64,000 bases of DNA from Eledone cirrhosa (lineage: Eukaryota): contig OZ024742.1 of NCBI GenBank assembly GCA_964016885.1, positions 169,942,001 to 170,006,000 on the forward strand. Direction: 5' to 3'. Below are positions 37,501 through 52,093 of this stretch, piece after piece. Made by a program: the position numbers and the translations under genes. How positions within the stretch are numbered: the stretch's first letter is position 1; the number at the start of each line of letters is the position of its first letter. Below the pieces are notes generated by a model, which ran no database searches, had not been told where the DNA came from, and saw only the letters and a program-made list of their open reading frames with translations.

Positions 37501-39386
37501 AATATTACACTGGTTTCACTTTCATGGTGAATATTACACTGGTTACACTTTGGTGGTGAATATTACACTGGTTACACTTTGGAGGTGAATATTACACTGG
37601 TTACACTTTGGTGGTGAATATTACACTGGTTACACTTTGGTGGTGAATATTACACTGGTTTCACTTTCATGGTGAATATTACACTGGTTACACTTTGGAG
37701 GTGAATATTACACTGGTTACACTTTGGTGGTGAATATTACACTGGTTACACTTTGGTGGTGAATATTACACTGGTTTCACTTTCATGGTGAATATTACAC
37801 TGGTTACACTTTGGAGGTGAATATTACACTGGTTACACTTTGGTGGTGAATATTACACTGGTTTCACTTTCATGGTGAATATTACACTGGTTACACTTTG
37901 GTGGTGAATATTACACTGGTTACACTTTGGAGGTGAATATTACACTGGTTTCACTTTCATGGTGAATATTACACTGGTTACACTTTGGTGGTGAATATTA
38001 CACTGGTTTCACTTTCATGGTGAATATTACACTGGTTACACTTTGGTGGTGAATATTACACTGGTTACACTTTCATGGTGAATATTACACTGGTTACACT
38101 TTGGTGGTGAATATTACACTGGTTTCACTTTGGTGGTGAATATTACACTGGTTTCACTTTGGTGGTGAATATTACACTGGTTACACTTTCATGGTGAATA
38201 TTACACTGGTTACACTTTGGTGGTGAATATTACACTGGTTTCACTTTGGTGGTGAATATTACACTGGTTACACTTTCATGGTGAATATTACACTGGTTAC
38301 ACTTTCATGGTGAATATTACACTGGTTACACTTTCATGGTGAATATTACACTGGTTACACTTTGGTGGTGAATATTACACTGGTTACACTTTGGTGGTGA
38401 ATATTACACTGGTTACACTTTCATGGTGAATATTACACTGGTTACACTTTGGTGGTGAATATTACACTGGTTACACTTTGGTGGTGAATATTACACTGGT
38501 TACACTTTCATGGTGAATATTACACTGGTTACACTTTGGTGGTGAATATTACACTGGTTACACTTTGGAGGTGAATATTACACTGGTTACACTTTGGAGG
38601 TGAATATTACACTGGTTACACTTTGGAGGTGAATATTACACTGGTTTCACTTTGAAGGTGAATATTACACTGGTTACACTTTGGAGGTGAATATTACACT
38701 GTTTCACTTTGGAGGTGAATATTATACTGGTTATACTTTGGTGGTGAATATTACACTGGTTACACTTTGGTGGTGAATATTACACTGGTTACACTTTGGA
38801 GGTGAATATTACACTGGTTACACTTTGGTGGTGAATATTACACTGGTTACACTTTGGAGGTGAATATTACACTGGTTACACTTTGGAGGTGAATATTACA
38901 CTGGTTTCACTTTGGAGGTGAATATTATACTGGTTACACTTTCATGGTGAATATTACACTGGTTACACTTTGGAGGTGAATATTACACTGGTTTCACTTT
39001 GGAGGTGAATATTACACTGGTTTCACTTTGGAGGTGAATATTGTATCGGTTTCACTTTGGAGGTGAATATTGTATCGGTTTCACTTTTGTTGTGAAATTC
39101 ATATTTCATAATGTTTTTGAGGTGTTTTGGATGAATATAGCCTTCAAAATGGTTGGTAAAAAATCATTATGCAATGGAGTTGTGAAGTAAAAACTAAACT
39201 CTAAATGACACTTAAAACATATTAAATATCAATACAGTAAATTTCATAAATATATTCTCCACTCTTGAGAATTTCAGAATTGTGCCATCTAAACATGGTG
39301 TTGATTAGCTGCCTCGGATTATATATTTGGTTTGGATTTTTGCCTATTTCTAGACAAAATTGGCTTATATTCAAGTATATATGATA
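34533..39386. mobile_element. Tc2/pogo-type non-autonomous DNA transposon hosting the 29-bp array
   Basis: Decayed TIRs tattgtatatactcgtatataagc / gcttatattcaagtatatatgata. The right part matches 44640-44887. Confidence 0.65.
34677..39095. repeat. 29-bp minisatellite, about 150 copies
   Basis: Unit GGTGAATATTACACTGGTT(A/T)CACTTT(GGT/GGA/CAT/GAA). Confidence 0.98.
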
Positions 39387-40384
39387 TATTACTAAATCTC
39401 TCCAAATTCTTAACTATTTTAAAATTGATTTGAAAATTATAGGCTGTGGGTCTTTCTTTTATTGGAAATCTGGTAATAGAAAGGTTAAATAAATAAATGC
39501 CAGTAATATATTAGGTCTGTTTTGGTTGATAAATTTGTGTCATTGTGGCAAATGTTTAGAAATCATTAATGTATTTGCTGACAATAAAATGACAGAACCT
39601 TTGTGACAGTAAATAATTAATAAGAGTTGGATGTCAGCTATTTAGAAGCCATTAGTGTAATATCATTAAATGAAAATAGGGGAGAGGTTGACCATCAGGT
39701 GACCCCAAACACGAAGGAACTATTTATAGATGAAATAATTGATAAAACTATTATATAGGATTGCATTATACCCAGATGGTGGGTGCTCTGGGATTGTAAT
39801 TTGTGTGTGTTTTCAGTTGTGTAAACAGTGCTAATGTATCAACAAAACAACCTGAACAATCTGCTATTGACTGGAACATTAACCCTGTTGTTACCAAACT
39901 ATCTGAAACTATCCCTGTTTTTCTGAATACAAAAGCTGTTAATTCCAAAATGTTTATATTTATCTAAAGACCTTCCATCATAATTTTATGTATAAATCTT
40001 TAGATTATGTTCCAAACACCAGCTTAAAAATGAGAAAGTTAGTCATATTATTAAATATTTACTACCAGAGAGGAATAGTGAAAAGTGCTTACACTTAATT
40101 CTTTCCTCAACAAAGGCTTCTAATTACCCCCCCCCCCTCACTGTATTTATATTTTTTTTATTTACTGGTTTCAGTCATTCAACTGTGGTCATTCTGGGGC
40201 ATCACCCTGAAGGGATTTAGTCAATCATATTGACCCCACTACTTATTTTTTTTCAAATCTGGTACGTATTTTACAGGACATAAACACAGACTCACACAAA
40301 TATAAACATAAACACACACACACACATGCACGCACGCGCGATCACATTTAGAAGACAGCATTGAAATTTGAAAATGAAATTGAA

Positions 40385-40660
40385 TCAGTAGCTTTCACCA
40401 TACCTTATGTTTGACTATAGAAAATAGTTTAATAACAGGACATATAAGCCCCCTGAACAGAGAAAAATGGGCATTAGCATTTAACAGAGAAAAGTGAGTG
40501 GGCAAATTAGTATAATTGGCTAGCACAGTTATAATGAAAATAAGAGGTGTGGGTTCATTTCCCACGTGTGCTGAATCCCATTTTTCCATTCATGCTATAC
40601 ACCCTATTATTTGACTACTTTCTATAGTCAAACATATGGAGAAGCTATAATTCAATTGGA
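40385..40660 (+). mobile_element. tRNA-like-containing element with an inverted copy of its 3' motif on the left
   Basis: tRNA-like fold at 40501-40572. 40385-40471 is a diverged reverse complement of 40577-40657. Motif shared with 2191-2280. Confidence 0.65.
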
Positions 40661-42505
40661 CTTTTGCGTGCGTGTGTGTGTTGATGACGGTAAAGTAGCA
40701 ATTATAATCTCGCACACATTACTCATTCAATGAATTATGGAATGAACTTGTTAGGAACAAAACCTGTCTCAGAGTACTTACCATGTGTATGTTAGTAATG
40801 TGGCATGGTGCTATTAAGTTAGACATGACTTGAGCCAATACTGGCCGAAACCTATCAAAGTTATGCGAATGACAGATTTCTGCAGTTTCTGTCCATTCAA
40901 GGTGCTTATACACCCTGTTATTAGATTACGTTCTGTAGTCAAATGGATGGCAAAAGCTACTAATTCAATTGAATTTTCGTGTGTGTGTGTGTACACGCAC
41001 GCACGCGCGCGCGTCTGCAGTTTCTGTCTACCAAATTCCACTTATGATGCATTGGTCAACCCAAGGCTATAGTAGAAGACACTTGCTCAAGGTGCCACAT
41101 CATGGAAGTAAAACCAGAAGCATGTGGTTGCAAAACAAACGGCTTAACCATGCAGTCATGTATACTCTGTATATATTTTATATAAAACTAAACAATAGCT
41201 AAAGGGCACGGAGGATATATTGTATCTCCAGAAATGGAATTAAATAAGATGGTGACGGTGACAATAATGATGGCGACAGTGATAATTATGATGATGACTA
41301 TGGTCTTAAGTACATCTACCGTTTTGTCATTTAAATATAATTGTTTTAGAATTCATTATCTGATGATCATTTCACGTTGAAGGGAGTTTTATATCTCATG
41401 AGATTGTTTGAAATATTGATAAAAAATGTATAATTACTTCAAATAGTACATAAAACTCTGCTGGTTATAAAATTTGTATTTTTTCTTCTTCCTTTCAACT
41501 CTTAAAATTATAACAGAAGTTTGTTACATTTTGAGATCTAGCACTTGATATGTAATAAATATTTAACTTGATTTTCTGCTTCAGTTTGTAATTAGCATTG
41601 TTTTTTTTAGTTATGCTAAGTTGAACTCTAATCTGCTAAATTAGGTTAAAGCTAAATTTTCCTCTGTTTTGTTTGTAAATAATAAATAATTGTCACACAT
41701 GGATCATTTCATCACTTATATTTGCTTGAGAAAAAAAACAAACCCTCCCATCAAAATATACATCTAAAACAATGTAGAATGCTTTATTGGAATTATCTCA
41801 GTGGATTTGTTTAAAATATTAAAACAGCTGTCGTTAATCAACTTTTAATTAGGCATCTGATCGGAATGTTAACAGTGTTAGAACAATTTTATCTATTTGA
41901 CATTGTACAAAATTGTGTCCCACCCATGCTAACATGGAATACCGATGTAAAATGATGATCATCATGATAACTTGGGTTGACTTTGACTCCAAGTCTCACC
42001 ACTGATATGTGTGTATATCTGTCCCGTAACTTAACAGTTCAACAAAAAGAGATTGATAAAATAAGTATCAGTTGAAAAAATAACTACTAGGGTACTAGGG
42101 TCGATATGATAGACTAAATTAAAGTGGTACTTCATCATGGCTGCCGTCTAATGCCTGAAACCAGTAAAAGAATACACACATACACACACACACACATTCA
42201 CATATGTATAAGGTGATTCATGTCTCTTTTTCTTTTTTTTTCTGCATCCTATTCACTCAGTCTAGCATTCCATAGAAGAATTTAAGTTTGAAATATCAAA
42301 GAGATTTCTATTTCCATTTCCAGAGTGTCAACCTAATAACTACACTGCTTCACCTTGTCTTTTACTATGTTGTTCTTTCTTAATCATAAATGTTGAACAC
42401 ACGCACACATAATAAAAAGAAAAGAGATTGTTCTACATATTCAACTTCAGTTTATTACATCACACATGTTGTGTACATTTCATAAGCATTCAAATGTCAT
42501 TATGT

Positions 42506-42896
42506 AACAGTTATCCAATGCATTGTCATCAGACAGGTGTTTAAATGTAAATGTTTGTTTTGGTTATTCTCTGCGGGTGTAAATTCTATTAATGAAGTGG
42601 CAATGGTTGTACTAGCTGTCCTTAAAATTGGTCGCTGTTGACCCTATGTACTTATACGTTCTATAACTAGTAGTAATCCTATACTTGTATACAATGTTTC
42701 TTCGGAGACATCTGTTCTACATTGGGTAATGTGCTGGATTTCTGCAGTTACAGTTACTATTGGATGTATGTATTGTTGGAATTCTGTCTACTACGGCAGT
42801 TAAACTCTAGGTCTGGATTAATTGAATTGTGTCCATTACTATGTCTCTTATGAATTTTCATTAAGGCTGCAATGTTATTTGCATTGGATAACTGTT
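42506..42896. mobile_element. Small non-coding element with 17-bp inverted termini
   Basis: aacagttatccaatgca / tgcattggataactgtt. Confidence 0.55.
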
Positions 42897-43529
42897 TGAA
42901 TATAGAGCAAAACAAAAACACTTGTTGAATATTTAAGTATCAGCCCACCTGAAACTGTCTCTGGTTCTATCAAACAGAACCATCTATTTTCACTCAAACG
43001 TCCTGTACCACATGAAACCACATTATGGAAAGTACAAAATAGCATTGTGATTGTATCATATTGAAATTTAAAATTTTTACTTTAGTTTACTGAAAATGTT
43101 CACAACAATCTGTCTGTTAGTAAAGATACTACAGCTAATTGAATTAAAACCCATTTGTTGATATTTTCTGCTAAATTATTATGGGATGTTAAGACTTAGA
43201 CTTATGGTCTCTGTAAAATTTAGACTCACAGTAAGTTTTTATCTGTTTTATTATTCAGTACAGAGGAGCAGATATTTTAAGTATAATTTCATGAAACTGT
43301 TAAGGTTATTTATTTTCTGTTATGACTTTTTGTTGTTGTTATCAAATAAGTTTTGCTGTTTGATTCTACTGCAACAGATTGTATTGATCAGTTGAAAGTG
43401 TTATGAAAATACAAAGCCATATAGCTTAAGTGCATATGTTGTTTTCAGTTAGGAACTTTCACTGTTCGTTAATAAACCATGATGCAATCCTGTGAATGAG
43501 ATTTCAACAAAAGCTGTATATACTTTATT

Positions 43530-43795
43530 GTCATCATTTTAAGTCCATTGCTTGCAAGAGTTGGTCGGTCCTTCACAGTACAGCATCTCTCCACTTTTTG
43601 CGTTCATTTGTCATCTCCTCTGTAAGCTTCAGTGATTTGAGATCAGCTCTCACCACTTCCATGCAGAGCTTCCTTGGTCTTCCTCAACTGTGGCTTCCTT
43701 CTGCTGGGTTTTCTTGGCACTGCTCCACCCTGTGATCATCATCCATGCTCATTGCATTTCTATACCAGCACAGTCTCATTCACACTACATTTAAT
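43530..43795 (-). mobile_element. Old degenerate RTE 3' fragment (family B-like)
   Basis: Colinear similarity to 13690-13965. Confidence 0.75.
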
Positions 43796-44639
43796 TCTGT
43801 GATATAAAAGAAACATTAATTAAATAGATTATAAAGAAAATGTCATTGGAAGCTCACACAAGAAACTTTCTATCAAGCACAACCTCATAGTGGGCCAGCT
43901 AAACTTGCATAGATGTGAACAGTACTAGCAACACAGTAGGACTTGGGACCCTATCTTTAAAACACCCAAGAAACCTTCAATGAGGTGGGCTGATAAAATA
44001 AATTACCAGTCAGATACTGGGGGATCAAGGGTTTAATTCTATTTCTTCCTTTTTTCTTCTATAACTCTATAACAGTGGTATCTATGCCCCTTACTTAGGT
44101 TTGTATGAATCAAAGTTGAGAGGAGCAGGTGTGGGATTTGATGATGGTCAAGAAAACTTGTAGTTGTATGCTTTTGTTGTACATATTTATATGGTGTATT
44201 TTAGTATGAGAGTTTTAAAGATGAATAGAGTTGATGTTTGAAGCAATATAAATATGCAATGATTTAACACACATGCATATACACACAGGCACTCACATAC
44301 ATGCACGCATATGCATGCTGAGTGTTTTTCTCTGACTTAATACTTTTTCTTTCAATCTTACATAAGATCTTACTATTTTATTGCTCTTGCTCATTCTCGC
44401 TCCTTCTCCCTTCTCTCACTCACTCTCCCTGCTCTCCCTCACTCTCACTCACTCTCACTGCTCTCTCTCACTCTCACTTGCTGTCTCTCCTCCCTCTTCT
44501 ACTCTATACAAATCCCTGTACAAAGTTCTCTTATTCAATCTCCTATTTCCAAAATACTCCCAGCATGTGTGTGGCAGGAAGTAAACAAAAATTGGAGAAA
44601 CTTGTTGAAACTATAAAACAGATGAAATAATAAAAAAGC

Positions 44640-44887
44640 ATTGCATAATGGAGTTGTGAAACAACCTATATTCTAAACAAGACTTAAAATATTTTAAACA
44701 TCAAAATATTAAAACTTCATAAATATATTTTATATTCATGAGAATTCCAAATCCATGCTATCTAAACATAATGTGTTGACTGGCTGCCTCGGCTTATAAA
44801 CAGTTTGGATTTTTGCCCATTTCTCAGACATAAAATGGGGAGAGGAGGGCTTATCTTCGGATCACCTTATATTCGAGTGTATACAGT
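44640..44887. mobile_element. Right end of a Tc2/pogo-type MITE
   Basis: Similar to 39170-39386. Ends cttatattcgagtgtatacagta. Confidence 0.6.
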
Positions 44888-46369
44888 AAGTTCAAGTTCT
44901 TTGTTCCGCCTATTAGAAATTCTCAAGAAATAACGTTAATACTTTAGAAAGGTGTCAGCTGTTAGGGCTATTTAAGCCTAATTTGCAGGGAAAGAAAAAA
45001 GGAATCTTGGCTTGCAATTAGCTGGTATTTCATAGAATTGTTTGTAGAACTCACCAATGTATTGGTTTACTCCTATTTCCTCCCTTCTTCTTTAATACTA
45101 TGGTAGGGCTTCTTACCCAGGTGTATCCATATCCCTTTCAAATATTGAAACTGGGGGTGTAGTGAGGCGGAATCCTTTTATTTTGTTTCCTGTTCTCTTC
45201 TTGATTCCCTATTATATGTAACATAAAACCCCAGCTATTACCATCTTTTCAAGTTTTAAGAGCTCCTGATAGTTTTTTGATGATGATAATGATGATAGTT
45301 TGAGGAGGTGTCATCCTCATCATCATCATCATCATTACCATGATCATCATCACCACCATTATCATCATTACCATTTACTGTTTGTTTTCTCTACTAGCAA
45401 GGGATGGACGTGTATGTGGACATATTGAAAACTCCTCTGTGTGGTCAAGCAGATAGCTTCACAACATTGTTTTAGGTTTGATCACATTGTGTGGCACCTT
45501 AGACATGTCTTTTACTATAGCCTTGTGCTGACCTATATCTTATGAATGAAACAGTTTTATATCAAAGAACCAAGGGTTGAGGGTTTGATATGAAATGGAT
45601 TACATAAGCTTTGGTTTCGTTTTAGAGCCCATATCTCCATAAGCATTCATATCATGTAAGTCTATAGATTCTATTCCAATGATATATTGAATATTATAGT
45701 TTCCATATTGGTTACTGCTTATTTCTTTGATATTTTGGATATTCTCTGCAAAGAAATTTCTCTGAACTCTATTTCCATGATCAGCTGATTTCACAAGAAA
45801 TTTGGAATTCCAGTAATGTGTTAAGAGATATTATCAAAGAGATCAACCTTGTTAAAGGAAACTCATATTTTTAAAATGGGAACAATTTTGCTTGGTTGAG
45901 TAATTTTATGGTGCCAAAATCGTTTGGTCTGAATAAGAAATTATATCTTTTGAATGTACCTTTCTCAAGTGACCTTATGAATATTAATGTCTATGGTTGA
46001 ATGAATTTTCATTTACGTTTTTCTTTATATCTGATTTCTCATGGAAGTAAGAAATATTTTTAGTTTATTCTGTTTCTTGATATTTTGGTTTGTAGTTAAA
46101 AATACTGGTTGACTGCTTACTGCATAACTGTGATACAATCACCACCTTGAGGTTGAATTTCAGGTGAATACACTGTAGACTGTGCTACTGTGTCACTAAA
46201 TATTATATTACGTTGAATAATGTTTCAGGCAAATGGCTTAATAAGTCTGAAGTTAACAAACATAAACCTTATCAGATTTTGCAATAATCCACAACTGATT
46301 CATCAATACCTTCAAATTGAGGCATACATACATATGTATATGTGTGTGTGTGTGTGTATATATATATGG

Positions 46370-47350
46370 TTGTGTAGGTGTCATGACAAAAAGCACCCCA
46401 CCCACACTGTAAAGTGGTTGTGTAGATGACACGACAAAAAGCCCCCAGCTCACACTGTAAATGTGGTTGGTGTTAGGAAGGTCATCTAGCCATAGAAACT
46501 AAACCAAAACCAGTCCTGTATGAGCAAGACATGGTCATCTGACTTAGCATTTCTCACAATGGGGCTAGCACTGGTGTGATATCATCAAATGCTAACAGAA
46601 TTATGTGAAGTATTTGTTAGTGTGTTGCAGGTAACATAGTACCATCCTGATGTAAAGTGAATGAACATATATATATATATATAAATGCAAAAAGTAAATG
46701 GAAACAACAAAGCAAATAGTACAATGAAGAAGCATATTAGTTTGATGCTTGATATAGTACGAAAAATGTCTACGTTTTAGACACTAGTCCTTCATCAGAA
46801 GATAGAATGAGAAATAAAAGGCAAAATAGAAAGATAGAGAGTGAGAAGAGGAAGAAATGGAAAAATATTTGTTATGGCTAAGTGATGAGTCTTGTCACTC
46901 TGGAGTTTCACCTGTGCACTCAGAGGATCATAAAATACTCACGTAAAACTCCAGAATAACAAGACTCATCACTTAACAATAATATTGAATATTTAAACTC
47001 TACTTCGGTATTGAGTACTCATTTTCATATCTGTCAATATTACCCTGGAAGATGGTCATGTTGGTGACACAACAAGAAACACCCAGTTCACTTTGTAAAG
47101 TGGTCGTGTCGATGGCATGACAGGAAGTACCCAGTCCAACCTGTCAGCTGGTCGTTTTGGTGCCATGATAAAAAGCACTTAGTTCATGCTGTAAATGTAG
47201 TTGGCATTAGCAAGGGCATCCAGCCATAGAAACCAAGCCAGAAACAGTTCTGTATGAACAAGACATGGTCATCTGATCTGACTCGTCTCATAACTGGACA
47301 ACTTGTCTAACCCATGCTAGCATGGAAAAATAGACATTAAATGTTGATGG
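46370..47350 (+). mobile_element. Two RTE-derived non-coding elements (about 46370-46560 and 47050-47350) flanking a degenerate pLTR-like fragment. Related copies at about 50120-50465, 54100-54525, 55475-55655, 57160-57410 and 56555-56930 (-).
   Basis: 1-4 copies of a ~48-bp unit, then ggttgg(c/t)gttaggaagggcatccagc, then cccatgctagcatggaa...(GAT)n. Confidence 0.75.
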
Positions 47351-48866
47351 TATAATTAAAAATGGCTTTCTTAAGAGGAACAGAAAGGAACCACAATTAA
47401 GTATGGTACTGAATAAATTAGTAGCAAAGATACTTATTCATTTCATATAGAAATGACTTCTACATAATCTGGTTGTCATAATGTTAACTTGAAATATGAC
47501 AATGATAAAAACTGCATTAGAAGAAACAAATTAAATTTCTAATTGGCATTTTCACATAGGATAGGACTGAGAGGTTCATTAAAACTAATGCCAGAATTAA
47601 TTAGTACTGTAACAAACCATTTCTTACAGTGACTCAATAGGCTTTACACATGAAATTGATTACACTGTTGCTAAAGAGATTGCCAGTAACTGAATATATA
47701 TATAATTATTGTATTTTCACAGTGTGGATAACACTGTTTCTTTTCCAAAAATAAGTTTGGGAATTTACTCTGAGTCTTGAAGGCTCAAGGTTACGTTAGT
47801 TATAAGCCTAAACTTTTTATTTTTTTCCTCAAATGTTAGCTACCAAAAGATGTCAGTGTATCTTCAACGCCAGAAAATATGATATATAAAAATGGTTGAA
47901 GCTCATTAAGTCTGTATTATTATATCTGGTGACTGAGTTCAAATCCCGCTGAGGGCAGCTTTGCCTTTCATACTTATGGGGGTTAATAAAATAAAGCACC
48001 AGTAATGCACAGGGGTCGATTTAATCAACTTTCCCCCTCCCCCTAAATTACTGGACTTGCGCTTATAGTAGAAATTATTATATCTAGTGGCGAATTGGTA
48101 TAGTTGTTAGAATGTCAAATAGAGAAAAGAGAGCCAGAACGAATACCGCAAAACATTCTGAGTTCAATCAAGTCGCACCAAAGTCAACGTTGCCTTTCAT
48201 CTATTTGAGGTCGATAAAAAAAAAAAGTACCAGTGAAGTACTGAGGTCGAATCTCTCTCAGTATTTGTTTCTCACTTTTTATCCTTCTTTGGAAGAAATC
48301 TGCTGTATTCAGACCTGGAGAGCGATGATCTCCACCAGGATTAAATTGCCAAAGAAACGCTTACGACTCCATCAGTAATGGGGTTGATATATTTTATTTG
48401 CCTTGCACACAAATTGCTGGCCTTGTACCAAAATTAGAAATCGTTACTTAATATCTACTAATGAACTAATGCTATCCATAATGACAGCAATAGTTAATTT
48501 TTGGAGTCCTGGATTGGTATGTTATATATACCAGAATTATAGGATATATGTGCACTCATACAAACTGGGAAATTGTATTTTGATGAATTAATGGTTTGCA
48601 TAAGAGAAACCCTATAGTTTATGATGGTTACTGACACATGGAAGTGATTAAAGATAAAAATGATATTTTGATATATTTCTAGGATATATTTACATAAATG
48701 TTCAGTACATATGTACAAATGACATACAGGATTAAATGTAAGAGTAACTTTAGAGAAATAACTATTTACAGAGACAAAGGTAGGGTTAGAACTCAGGACC
48801 TTAGTATTGGAAAGCCAACTTCTTATTGAAGCAAGTGACTGAGATAGGAAATACATTGGGTGTATG

Positions 48867-48901
<35 letters not shown>

Positions 48902-48962
48902 AAATTTTAAAGAGTTACAGAAATATATAAGTGAATATATAAACATTATTATGGTTATTTGT

Positions 48963-49150
48963 AGGCGGTAGATTGGCAATATCGGTAGAGGGTCGGACGC
49001 CATGCTTTGACGCAAAGCGTTACGGCCCTTTCCATTCCGAGTTCAAATCCCGCCGAGGTTAACTTTGCCTTTCATCCTTACGGGGTCGATAAAATAAAGT
49101 ACCAGTAATACACTGGGTAATTGCTAGCCTTGTGCCAAAAGTAGAAACAA
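48963..49150 (+). mobile_element. Young tRNA-SINE with an 18-bp target-site duplication
   Basis: TSD attattatggttatttgt at 48945-48962 and 49150-49167. CpGs are intact. Confidence 0.85.
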
Positions 49151-51291
49151 TTATTATGGTTATTTGTGCTGGAAGATTTTAATTTAAATAGGAACCCTTT
49201 AAAATGAATGGTTTTGTTTCATAGAACCAGAACCAGTTTTAGTTGTGTTGGTATCAAAAAGGTTAAATATATGATTTCTGATTTAGGCACAAGACCAACA
49301 ATTTCGGTGGGAGGGGAAAGTTGATTAAATTGATCCCAGTGCATTACTGGTACTTTATTTTATTGCCTTCATCAGGATGAAAGGCAATGCTAACCTTGGC
49401 AAGATTAGAACCCAGAAGTTATTCCATTTTCTGTCTGTCACTAACATAAAACAACAGCAGTAGCAACAACAACAACAAAGCAATTGTGTAAATTGTAACA
49501 ACTCATTAAAATGGGCGGGACAAGTATGTTTGGTCACAGAATATCAAGTTTGGTTGTAAATATGTAAGTCAATATATAGTTGTAGTTGATATTGAACATG
49601 GTTGTGCTTGTTTTGTCTTCCAAGTTATGTCAGTAAGCGCAGCAACAAGATAATGACACCATTAGTGCCTCCATTTTTTTTCTTTTTTTTTTTCTTTTTA
49701 CATGTCACAGTATTAACTTACTGGAGTGGGGTAAAGAGAAACTTATTAAATAATAATATCTTGTAATAGTTTAGCATAAAATATTTAAAATAGGGTTGTT
49801 AATTCAAATGTTTATATTTTTTCTAGTGGACAGATCATTGTTAAAATTTGTAATATTAGAGTAAGGGCTTTAAATGTGTACCATCAGTAGCTGGAGGTTT
49901 AACACTGCGATGGATTGGCATCCTGTCAAGGGAGGAGTCTTGTACTCTGTTGCTTCATGCCACAGAAACCAAAATAAGCACTAGCCTGATGAGCCTCCAG
50001 GCTTAAGACAGAATTTAAACTTTTCACTTTCATGCAACACGAGTCGAATGTTATAAAAAGAAGCAACAGAAGCTTCTAGATGTTTTTCACTTTTCTTTTA
50101 TCATTTTTATACATCTTTTGTGACATGACAAAGGTGCCCAGTCTGCACTGTAAAGTGATCGTGTAGGTGTCACGACAAAAAGCACCCCGCACACACTGTA
50201 AATGTGGTTGGCATTAGGAAAGGCATCCAACCATAGAAAGCCAGCCCCAAAACACCCAGTTCAAACTGTAAAGTGGATGTGTAAAAGACATAGCAAAAAG
50301 CACCCAGCACACACTGTCAATGTGGTTGGCATTAGGAAGGGCATCCAGCCATAGACACTCCTATATGAGCGAGACACGGTCACCTGACCCAACTTGCCTC
50401 TAAATGGGACAAACCCGTCTAACCCATGCTAGCGTGGAAGATAGACATTAATCGATGATGATGATTTCCTCCCCATTAGCTTTTTTTTTATCTCTGTCTA
50501 TCTTGTCTTTGTATCGTATCTGTAAGAGGTACTAGATAACTCCCCTAGTCTGTCATAGCTTACTAGCTCTATACGGGCGTTTAAATTAATTAAATAAATG
50601 GATAAGTAAGTAAATAAATAAATAAGAGAATAAATATGTACTACTTATTTACACCCTTCCGCTTTCGAAACAGTGCTTCCTCTGCTCCCCATTCTGACAT
50701 TTGACTCTAAACTATGAAAGCCACAGACAAGTTCTCTATATACCCTGTTGTTCTGTTGTAACCTTTCTGTTGTACATCTGCTCTCTCAATGTTACACTGC
50801 CAGAATAGCTTTGATCTGCTTTCCAGTCTTAAAAGTTTGTCTGTTCAGCTATCTATAACAACTTTACCAGCTCCAATTTAATAGTGTTGTTGTTTTACAT
50901 TGCTAACTCATTTACACTCCTTTATTTTGCATGAATACTCTCTTATATATATATATATCACCATCATTTTACGTCAACTTTTCCCTGCTTTATATATATA
51001 TAAAATCATCATCATCATTATCATCATCATCATTGTTCCGAGTTCAAATCCCACTGAGGTCAACTTTGTCTTTCATCCTTCCAGTGTTGATAAAATAAAG
51101 TACCATTTTAGTATTGGGGTTGATTTAATCAATTTTGCCCTTCCCAGGAAATTACTGGCCTTGTGCTTAAATTAGAATCCAATATTCTGTTATAACAATT
51201 TTTTTTTATTAACAAAATAAAACTAAGAGTTTGATATATAATTCAACATGATTAGTAATAAAATATTTAGTGCTCTTTGAAAAATAGTGTT

Positions 51292-51960
51292 AAAATTGGA
51301 GAGATGACCATAGAATGATACCATTTATGATAAAACTGGAGAGATAACATTAGAATGATGCCTTTAATGGTAAAACTACCATCAAACTTTTACCATTAAT
51401 GGTAACACTGGAGAGATAATATTAGAATGATACCATTTATGGTAAAATTACCATCGAACTTTTACCATTTATGGTAAAACTGGAGAGGTAATATTAGAAT
51501 GATACCATTTATGGTAAATTTACCACCAAACTTTTACCATTTATGGTAAAACTAGAGAGGTAATATTAGAATGATACCATTGATGGTAAAACTGGAGAGA
51601 TAATATTAGAATGATACCATTGATGGTAAAACTGGAGAGGTAATATTAGAATGATACCATTGATGGTAAAACTGGAGAGGTAATATTAGAATGATACCAT
51701 TGATGGTAAAACTGGAGAGGTAATATTAGAATGATACCATTGATGGTAAAACTGGAGTGGTAATATTAGAATGATACCATTGATGGTAAAACTGGAGTGG
51801 TAATATTAGAATGATACCATTGATGGTAAAACTGGAGTGGTAATATTAGAATGATACCATTGATGGTAAAACTGGAGAGATAATATTAGAATGATACCAT
51901 TGATGGTAAAACTGGAGAGATAATATTAGAATGATACTATTGATGGTAAAACTACCATCC
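51292..51960. repeat. 40-bp minisatellite, about 15 copies
   Basis: Unit GGTAAAACTGGAGAGGTAATATTAGAATGATACCATTGAT. Confidence 0.95.
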
Positions 51961-52093
51961 AACATACAGCAGCTGTGAGTAGTATTGCCACAGGAAATAC
52001 TGTCCACTTTTCTTGTATCTAAGAGTTTATATGAAGAGCTTTTTAAAACTATTTTCCATAGTTAAAAAAACCCCTACATTAAAGCAGCTTACA

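Noticed and set aside
34677-39095. 29-bp repeat resembling a CRISPR array
   Set aside because: Head-to-tail units with no unique spacers, no cas genes and a eukaryotic context.
46765-46800. Hammerhead on the minus strand (CTGATGA-A-GGAC-TAGT-GTCT-AAAAC-GTA)
   Set aside because: GAAA has decayed to AAAA and stem I is weak. Counted only as a relic.
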